Of a DNA stretch of 64,000 nucleotides, positions 53,762-64,000 are shown in pieces. This DNA comes from Adineta vaga (Eukaryota > Animalia > Rotifera): the NCBI GenBank assembly GCA_021613535.1, contig CP075495.1, positions 8,556,001 through 8,620,000 on the forward strand, read 5' to 3'. The notes under the pieces were generated by a model that made no database searches, was not told the DNA's origin, and was given only the letters and a program-made list of their open reading frames with translations. Position 1 is the stretch's first letter; every line of letters starts with the position of its first letter. A program made the translations under genes and the position numbers.

Positions 53762-54895
53762 TAGAACTAATTACAAAATATCAAAATTATGCATGTCTGT
53801 ACTTTGTGTGTTGTTTTACAATTTTCTTTAAAAAACACTTTTTTTAATTTTAACACCGCATGGTCTTTCTTTTTGTTTGCAAACAATGAAGAAATCTCAG
53901 AGATTATGTTTGCAATGTAGGGGACAAAAAAAGTTCTTATAAGTAAATGATTTGATTGAATACGACTTAGTAGTGCGTAGGAAGACAAGCTTTCAATTTT
54001 TAATTATAAGTCATTAACTATTAATCGGTTATTTACGTCATCATGTTGTATACTCAAAACATTCAAATTTATTTCCTTTTCAAATCAATAGAAAAATACA
54101 TGAGCGTTTCTTTTCCAAGTTTATAAATTAATTAGTTCCTTCCTTTGTTTTTTTTCTCTCTTCAAAATAGTTAAGTTAAAAGAAGAAAAATCTTTTTGTC
54201 CTTTACATGCATAATCATATATTTCATCTCTGAGATATCTGAAGCAAAAAAATCATCGGTGTTGTCTTCGACAAATACTTAAATACTATTCCTATTTACA
54301 CGTATTAACAATCTTTATATTCGTTCTTGTTTCGTCACTTTTCTCCGTCCGTATGTTCGTTTAAGCTTTTAACACCCATCTATATTCATGTTTTTCTGTT
54401 CGTAAAACAAAAAGATGTTTAATGATTCTTTCTTCTTCGAATTTTCTTCTCTGAAACCATTGTGATTTTATTGAAGTTTGTTTTACTTTCTTTTACAATA
54501 AAGTTATAACTTGATGAAACAATGGAAGACACATCTTATGTATACGAAAGCACTCAATAAATGGTAAATTGAACAATTACAATAAAAGTAACGCACAAAT
54601 ACAATTTCAATAAACAAATCAAATGAACATATTAGTTTTCTTTTGATGTAAACATAGAGATGTTTGGAGTACTCAAAATCAAACAAAGAAGTAAACGAGA
54701 ACAAAATCTGACATATGAATATTAATATATGAGAGAAAAAGAAAGAAACTGAAAGTCACCGATCATACGAGTTAAACCTTAATATAGTTTTTGAACTGGA
54801 AAAAAATGAAGAATTATTCTCTGTTTGTTTATCTACTACTGAATATCATTTTAGAGAGGATTAATTAACGAAAGTAACAAATATAACATTTGTTA

Positions 54896-56215
54896 TTAAC
54901 CTTGTTTATGAGCTTGTCTAACAACGCTTTTTAATTGTTGTTCATATTCTTGTTGAGTTGGAACTACAATATGACCAACTTTTGTTGGGCGAGTTACACG
55001 TGACCATGGACCAACATTATCGTTCATAATAAAATCATATAGTACTTTGGTCCAACTAAAATAAATCAAAGATAAATTGAAAATTCTAGTTCACTCTTTA
55101 TGTTCCGTGGAATTTCATAGACATAGTAGAAAATAATTATTTTCTTTTCATATTATTTAAGTAAAGAAAATTCTTACCTTGTATAACATGGTAAATGATC
55201 ATAATATTCTGGAGCAATTTTGCGTACTTTCGGTAAATTTCTTCCCGGTATATATGGAAAATCATGATCTGAATAAGTCAAAACTTTATGTTTAATAAAA
55301 AAACAAATCAAGTATTTCTCTCTCACGTTCATTATGATAACCAACATTATATGTAATCGCATTAAGTGGTCCATAATATGAATATGTTTCATACCCTTCT
55401 TTAAAAACATAATGTTCAGCAATAAAATGTCCCGAAATTGGATGTAATGAAAGACCAAGTACTGTACTCAATGGGAAATATATTAATGTTTTACCACCAA
55501 AAAAATAAAACATGACAGCATCAAATGAAAATGCCAAGATAAGATTGACGATTTCTAAGACATGTATTGCTTTTGGAAAAACGAACATTGGTCGAAATGA
55601 ATAAAGAAATGGCATGATAATTAAAAATATTAATTTACCAATACGAGATGAAAATAAAAACACTTCTAAACGTGTTGGAATATCGGTATCATAAATTGTA
55701 TCACCTTGAAATCTATTTTAAACGAAAGAAGGAATTAGAAAAGATTAAATTTCTTTTCTTATTACCGATGATGATCAAGATGATATTTTTTCAATGTTAT
55801 CGAAGCCGGTACACCTAATGGTAAATTAGCAAAAAAACCCAATAAACGATTACATATTGGATGTGAATGGCCAAATGCTAAATTATGTGTTAATTCATGT
55901 AATGCTAATGATAATGTATGATTAATTGTTCCACCAATAACATAAGCACAACAAACTAATGTCCACCAAGAAGACTGTCGTAGAAGTATTGCAACAAGAA
56001 TTTGTATAAATACCGAAATAATAACTTGAATTGACATACGCCAATCAGAACCCATTAATTGTTTGATTTCAGGATATTTTTCTAAAGAAAATAACAGTGA
56101 ATAATGAATCTTAGAATTTCAATTGACATTTACTAAGAATTTCTTTTCGACGTGTGGCATGAGGTTCATCAGTGTATACATGATAAAATTCATGTGTAGT
56201 TATATATTGCCCCAT
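54896..56215 (-). CDS. DEGS1: Sphingolipid delta(4)-desaturase / C4-hydroxylase family, copy B, multi-exon
   Basis: [60 protein letters not shown]. Ends RQAHKQG*. Confidence 0.95.
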
Positions 56216-58742
56216 TTGATATTTATCTAAAATTACAAAGACACAATATAACTTTTTATTAAGTTATCAATCGACGAGACGATAGAAAAAAAAAGTAATC
56301 TCTTCAGACAATAAAAAAATATCGGTGATCGAATAGAATAGATTCTCGTCTCGTTCGTTCGTTTTCTATTATTTGCCATCGAAATAAGTCGTAAAAGAAA
56401 AGAACGATAGTAGAGACATCTAAATAACACATCTGAAAAAAGGCATTTCGTCATGTTTCTTATTGGTTTCATTGACAGGATGAGAAAGAGAAAGGTCATT
56501 TCGAAGTATTATACAATACAAATGCTAAAACAAAAAAGATAGAAAAAAAATATGTTAACAAAATTCTAAAGAAGAATAATTATCTCCAAGAATCATACTT
56601 CAGATCAGAATTAGTTTGTCATACTCATTAATAGGTTCAGTTTAAAATACTTTCATGCACATTAGATCTAGAATACAGCTTACAGATTTTGATCTCAACA
56701 TCTTCTTGTTTATGAAGACTAAAAGTATTCATCTCACTAAATGATGTTACAACAAATGAAAATTTCACTCGAAACATCATTCTCTTTCTTCTAGTTATCA
56801 CAGTTGTTACAGATGCAGCTGTATCCTTACCATTGGATGCATAAAAAGCACACCTATTATGTATTTTTTTTCTGAACAAAATACTCCTCAACTTCAAGCA
56901 TCAACAAGCCGGGTAAGAAAATAAAACTCAAATTACTAGATAAGTTTAGAAACAAAAATTTAATTAACTAGAAAGAAATACAATGAATGCTTAATCGAAT
57001 TCTCTTTGCAATAATGTTAGGTTTTACTACAATTATGGAGTTATTAATGTTTTAAATAAGAATAACTGTACATACAGAACCAATAATATCAAGACGTGAT
57101 AAACTAATTAAGAAGAATAAGACATATTTTTTAAGAAAAACAAAAGAGAGAACGTGTAAAATGTTTCATTGGAAGGGAGAGTAAGCTAGACAATGTTTGT
57201 TGAATAGTTTGAAGTGTTAATAATATATATATATATATAATTAAAAAAAAGAAGTGTACTTTTAGATGAAATATTTATCTGTTTTCTTATCAATATAATG
57301 TCGGACGTAAATACTATTGATAAATTTCATTTTTCTTTCTCAACTCTTCTTGGATTCTACGAAAAGAAACGAATTGTTCTTTCTGTCTTGTTCTGAGAAG
57401 GAAAATATAATGATAAGTTCTTAGTCATCGAAAATTGACTTAAAAACAGTTGAACAATTGCGTTAAATAAAATAATGTCTACTACATTCAGCAAGCAAAA
57501 GAATTGGTTTACATAAATTGAAAATATGTACTTTCATCAAAACAGGGAAAAGAATAATATCGAATTGGTTTTTTAATTTGTTATCATTTTATACTTGATT
57601 GAAAACTATGTATTTTTTTTTCTTCATGCATAATGCATGTAATATCTATATTCAATATTTTTCTGTCTTATTATTAGTTTTTCTATCGTCCTTAGAATAA
57701 AATCAAGATATGTTTTTGAACGTCATGATTTGTTAACTTTAGAATAAGTCGTTCTATGAATGATATTGAGGGTGAAGGTTTGGTTGTAGATGAAAGCATT
57801 GATAGAATTATTTTATAGACTGTTGAATAGTCTTTTTTGTTCTAATTCTTATCTTTTTTTTTCGATTTTTTGAAGGAAAATAGCAGAATATAAAAGTGGT
57901 TAGATAAGGTAAGAATATGACCTTACTCAACGAAGAAGGAGACGTATGTAATACTAATATTTATTCTAAAAAAGTAAGTTTCTTTGTCTAATAAAATCTT
58001 TCATCATAATCATAGACTTGAATGGTATTGAGTTATCAGATAATCTGTGTATAACATTGATTTGATACGTAATAAATCTTTTTTCTTCGAATGATATGTT
58101 ACTCAAATAATCTATCGACTCAAATGGATTTCCTTGTATTAGAAATACAAAACCTAACAATGCGAGTGTTTCATTTTTTTTTCTTTGTTTTGAAGTACAT
58201 ATTGACGATGCATGAAATATTATTTCTTCTGTATAAACCGATTTTCTTTTGACTGAAAAATTCATCATCTTATTGTCCTTTCTCCTGTTTTCTAAATATG
58301 TAAGTGTCAACATTGAATGACTATTTATTTCATTTCTATTTGAAGTGAAAGGTGAGCGTAGAGCGTAAATGTGAGTGCTCATTTTTCTACACTCAAGAAA
58401 AAAATTTTTCTTGTATTTGACCTGATGAAGGTAATGTTTGTTCGACAAGTACAGTAAAAAGAAGAAAAGAAAATGTGATGTCCATAGCGCCGTTGTGTAC
58501 TTTTTTTTATTTTACATGTTTGTGCAGTTAATGAAACAGAAAGAACTCCGAAATTTACACACCTTTTTCTTCGTATCATGATGAATAGAATATAACTATT
58601 CGTTTTTTAGTCATCAATTAACAACAAGAAGTATATCAACACGAACTATCGAATTCAGTAAGTATTCAATTCTGAAATTCATACAAACATAGAAAAGAAA
58701 ACAAGAATTCTTATTAAATCTGTTTATCTATTTAAGATTAGA

Positions 58743-61700
58743 ATGAAATCATCTATTAATGCTATCGTTGGACGAAGCGATCAAAATCTTTCTGGTGCAT
58801 TAGATAGTATATCGGATATTCATGTTCGTTTTGCTCCAAATAATGATGAAGAGTATGCATTGCTCTCTGATAGTGACAAAAAACATTATAAAAAAGTTTT
58901 AAAACGAAGATTACATAAAACCAATGACCTTGATCGACAAATATCAACAACACCTAGTAAAATCGATCAATTTCAAGTAAAAGATTTTTTTCTCTTATTC
59001 TGTTTCATGTCCTGATGATATTACAGGCTGCACGACATGGAAATTTAGAACATTTAAAACGTTTGTATCAACAAAATATTTCAAATCATAAAATATTTTT
59101 TAATCGATTGGACTCCGAAACAAAATTAACAGCCTTACATTATGCGGCACGTTTTCATCATTTGGATATATGTATATTTCTAATTGAACAATGTGAAGCT
59201 AACGTAAACAAAGCAGGTGAAGATGGAATGACACCACTTCATTATATAGCTCGATTTCGAGTAGAAAAAGATAGTCAAGTGAAATGAAAATCATTGCAAA
59301 AAATCGATTCTATTTGTTTTCGATTTAGACTGATGTATATGAAAAAATTGTACGATATCTAATTCAGAATCGAGCTGATATTAATATACGAGATGATTTT
59401 GCTTCAACGTAAGTTAGAAATGATTTTGTTTTTCTGTCGGAAAAATTATTTGAGTCATACAAAAAAAATGTGAGTATCAAATTTGATCAGAGGAAATATT
59501 TATCAAGCATTACTAGTAAACGAAAATTATTAGATATGAAATAACAGAAATTTGATCAGCAAATATTGATATTGTCATTATTTTAACAGATCTTATAGAA
59601 CTAGTGTTGATTTTTAGGTAATAAAAGGAGAGCAATTTCGAAAAAAGAGGAGTGAAAAAGATATACTGAGTAGATATTATCTTTCTTGTGTATTACACTG
59701 GTTTTTAGACCTCTCCATCATGCATCTGAACGTGATAATGTTCTCTGTGCTGAAATACTCCTCTCAGCAAATGCTAACATTGAAGTGTGTATTTAGATAT
59801 GTATTATCTTCCGAATTAGAAGCCATACTTTCCTATTTAGGCAGCTGATCGTCAAGGAATGCATCCATTGCATGGTGCTTCTTTTTATGGTAGCGTTGAT
59901 ACTGCTTGTTTATTAATTCAACATGGTGCTGATATCTTAGCAGCTGATCAAACGGGTTCGATACCTTTTGCACATGCCTGTCGTAATTCACATTATAGAA
60001 TCTTGGAAAAGTTCTTTTCTGTCTTTGATCAACATGAAAATCTCGATGAAGTAGTCAAAGCAATAGATACAGAAAACAATACTCTATTACATTTGGCTGT
60101 TGCGTCAGCAAATGTTCAAATAGTTGATTTACTTTTATCGAAAAACGCTGAGCCATCAGCAAAACGAAGTGATGGACAAACTGCAATACATCTCTGTGCA
60201 AAAAATGATTCCCTAGAAATCTTAGCAAAATTAGTTGATGCTGGAGGTGATATTAATGATACTGATGATAAAGGTGAAACTATTTTACATAAAGCAGCTA
60301 CACAAAATAAAGAAAATGTTTTAAAATATGCATTATCAAAACAAGTAAGACATTCGATGTGGATTCTCAACTCTTTTTCTAATTAAATTTCTGATTGATT
60401 TTAGATAAATACAGATATTATTCAAAAAAAGAATAGTGGTGGTGCAACAGCTTTACTTTTAGCTGCTACATTTGGTCATGCTACATGTGTTGAACTTCTT
60501 TTAGAAGCTGGTGCTGATATGTTTAATGATCGTGATAAACGTGAGCGTAGTGCTGTTTATTTAGCATCAGCTAGTAATCATGTTCAAACACTCGAAATAC
60601 TCTTACAATATGCGAGAGAACATGGTAAAACTGACAAGGAAAAATCAGCTATCAATGTATTGATCGACACAGTCGAACTGCTTTACATGCTGCTGCTGAA
60701 CTTGGTCATGTAGATATTGTCAATGAATTATTAAAACGAGGTGCTTCTCTAGCAATGAAAGATGATGATGAATATACTCCATTAATGTTATGTTGTAAAA
60801 AGAATCGTTTAGATGTTTTGAAACTTTTTATTGAATACATCAATGGATATTATCAAACTTCTCGAGATAAACTTAATCTTTTAGAAGAACGAGATGATGG
60901 ATCAAATACAGGTAATTCGACAAAATATGAAAATGATCTTTCAATGTTGATCAATTGAAATCATACTACAAATGGTTCTTTTTCTCTATCTTTTAGCTCT
61001 TCATATTGCTGCTTCCGAAGGACATTCTTCTGTGATAAAACTTTTGCTTGAACAAAATTGTGATTTACAAGCTCGAAGTATGATATCATGGTTGCCAATT
61101 CATTGTGCTGCTGGACGAGGTCGATACAATAGTGTTCGAACACTCATCGATAATCATTCTCCAATAGATCCAGTTGACAAAAATCAACAAACTCCTTTAC
61201 ATTTAGCAGCATGTAATGGACATTCTGATGTTGTAAAACTTTTATTAAAAAATGGTGCCAAGATTGATCAACGTACATCAAATGGTGATAATTGTCTTGA
61301 CTTAGCAATTGGTTCTAATCAATATAATGTAGCTGAAATTCTAGTTAATAATCGTGATTGGGCATTACTTTTACGTAATGCTCAATATAATAAACAGAAT
61401 AATTGTTGGGATACACCACTACGAAAATTAATTCGAAAAATGCCTGATATTGCTTTGATCGTTTTGAATAAATGTTGTACAATAATAACAAAAACAAAAA
61501 CTGAACAAATTTCATCCGAGAATGATGATCCAAATGATACGAAGAAGAAGAAGAAGAAGAAGAAGAAACAAAAGAAATCTGCTACAGAAAATATTATTGA
61601 ATTAGAAGAACAACTCAATGATAATAATAATAATATTGATACAAGTGGTTTAACCAAAGATGAAACACAATTACAAAAACTGAAATTTGTTTATACATAT

Positions 61701-63466
61701 GAATTTCTCGATGATCAATTTCTCGTTAGAGAATGGGCAAAACCAGAGTGTGAGTTTTATATCGATTTTTTTTTCTAGAAGAAAATCAATTGAAAGTTAA
61801 AATTTAATACGAATATTACCTATTTTTTAGTTGATGATCCTTTCGAACCAGATGGTCGATTATATCCTAGTATAATTGATCAACCATTAGATCGTAAAGG
61901 TTTACAACTTAATCATCCATTTACGCTGATGGTTAAAAGCAATCGTGAATATTTACTTGATCATCCACTAGTACATTCATTATTAGATTATAAATGGAAA
62001 CTCTATGCACGTTATGTATATTATCTTAATTTCTTATTTTATCTTCTATTTGTTGCATCTCTAACAACGTATGTTTTTATTTCATTTGCTCCCTATCGTT
62101 TTGGTATAACACATGATCAAATGAAAGAATCGACTTGTTACGAATTATGTTCTCTTGTAAAACAAAATCATACTGAAGAAATAGAAAGTTTACAAACACG
62201 TATACGTGCTATACATGTATTTCAATGGTTCGTGATAGTTTTAGCAAGTATACAGATAGTCAAAGAATTCTTTCAACTTATATCGGAACGTTTAGATTAT
62301 ATTAATCTTGAAAATGCAATAGAATTATCAGCATTTATTTTAGCGATTTTATTTACAATTGATTTCAATTCATGCTCAAGAGAAATTGGCTATCGATGCG
62401 TTGTTCAATGGCAAATTGGTGCATTAGGAGTCTTTCTAACATGGTTTGCATTAGTTTTATTTATACAAAAATTTCCACGGTTTGGTATATTCGTTGTGAT
62501 GTTAACACATATCTTACATACATTTTCGAGATTTTTTCTCGTTTTCTTTCTATTTATTATTGGTTTTGCATTAGCTTTTCATATGTTACTACAAAATCAT
62601 AATCCATTTCAACATTTTGGAAATAGTCTATTAAAAACCTGTGTTATGATGATTGGAGAGTTCGAATATGAAGGTTTGCTATTTTCTTTATAATATCATA
62701 CAAATAGAACGATGCCTTTGTAAAATCTTTTCAGAACGAGAAAAATTTGAAAGATATTTGTCTCGATTATGACAAGTGAAAGCTTTATTACTGTCAAATT
62801 TCTGCAATCCATAGTATAACATCTCTCTTTTCTTTAGGTATTTTTCATGGTGATGATGCGAATTATTTTGGCATAACATATTTCTTTTTCATTATATTTA
62901 TCATTGTTATGTCTATAATCATTATGAATTTACTTGTTGGTTTAGCTGTTGATGATATTGCAAGTGTAATGCGTGTTGCTACTGTTAAACGTTTAGAAAT
63001 GCGTGTTAAGTTAACACTAGATGTTGAACGACAGTTACCACGGGGACGATTCTTTTCTTCGATTCGTCGTTTTCGAACAATTGTTTATCATTCAAGTTTT
63101 TGGCAAAGATTTTTTAATAGAGTATTTCGTATACGAATCAAGACAAAATTTGATAAAAATTTTAATCGTTTGGAAGACTATGGTCTAATTCAAACAGCAG
63201 GCAATCAAGATTCGAAAACAACAAATGTACCTAAAATTGATGATAAAGTAAAATCAACAGTTGCAACAATCGGTGGTAATGGAATCGGTCTACCTGCAGA
63301 TTGGCTTACATCAATGCATACACAAATAAATACAAAATATAATGAATTTAATCGGCATATGACAGACTTAAAAATACAACAAGAAAAAATCAATAATATT
63401 CTACAGCAATTTCCAACAACAAGTCGACATAGTTCTCACCCTACATTTACACCTACATCTGTATAA
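58743..63466 (+). CDS. TRPA1: TRPA1-like ankyrin-repeat cation channel, multi-exon; one apparent 1-nt frameshift near 60658
   Basis: Many ankyrin repeats (TALHYAA, TPLHLAACNGH), DTPLRKLIRKMPD, LLDHPLV..LLDYKW, six TM segments with pore SLLKTCVMMIGEFEY and MNLLVGLAVDDI, and a C-terminal coiled coil. Confidence 0.93.
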
Positions 63467-64000
63467 ATTGTTCTAATCTGTTTTGTGTTCATGTTATATT
63501 TCGACCTCTGATTTTGATGATAAAATAAGAATGATGTTAGAATAAAATGAAAGTATTTGATTGAATCTTTACTGTTCATTAATCAATATGTCACATAAGG
63601 CTAATACAACATCACTGCATCATACAATAGGAAAAATCATTTAAAAAAAACGTTGAAATAGAAATAATATCACATTCTGATTGTGAACTATATTTATAGA
63701 CTCGTTCAATGCAAATCATACACTTATTTCTTTAAAGTACAGCGATGTCTACATAATCAATTGTAATATTTTCCAATTCTATCTATAACAATCCTGTCAT
63801 GTTTATTATTAATGAAAATGTATTCTAAATAAATAAAATTCGATTTTACTCAATTCAAAAAGAAGCACAGCTAAATCTAAAATTTAATTAGTTTCGTCTT
63901 TTTTCTTTTCGAATATATTAAGTAGAAAATCAATTAATTTTCCGTTCTTCTTTTCAATCAAACTTTTTCCTATTGGTTAAAATAAAAACAAGAAGAATTT

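Noticed and set aside
57966-58448. 160-aa minus-strand ORF
   Set aside because: TTG start, composition-driven sequence and no motif; lies in the TRPA1 upstream region.

Overview
AT-rich, gene-dense eukaryotic DNA with very short (about 50-60 nt) GT-AG introns. The intron size, codon style and expanded F-box/LRR-type genes suggest a bdelloid rotifer (inference). In order: coronin, DNAJB11, a 177-aa stand-alone protein resembling the vault-binding (MVP-interacting, MINT/INT) C-terminal domain of PARP4, calmodulin, Pur-alpha, a BAZ1/WSTF-like chromatin factor with no bromodomain, an F-box/LRR relic and an intact F-box/LRR gene, a Cdc37-like pseudogene, a secreted and probably GPI-anchored Cu/Zn SOD, a single-domain granulin, orphan genes, COMT, a PTB-like protein, a single-pass membrane protein, an 8-Cys secreted protein missed by the ORF track, an F-box/LRR gene split in frame by a 2.85-kb insertion, two convergent sphingolipid delta4-desaturase paralogues, and TRPA1. 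The best candidate for an undescribed system is the stand-alone MINT-like gene (7831-8640). Exon boundaries were read by eye, and family calls rest on recalled motifs, not database searches.
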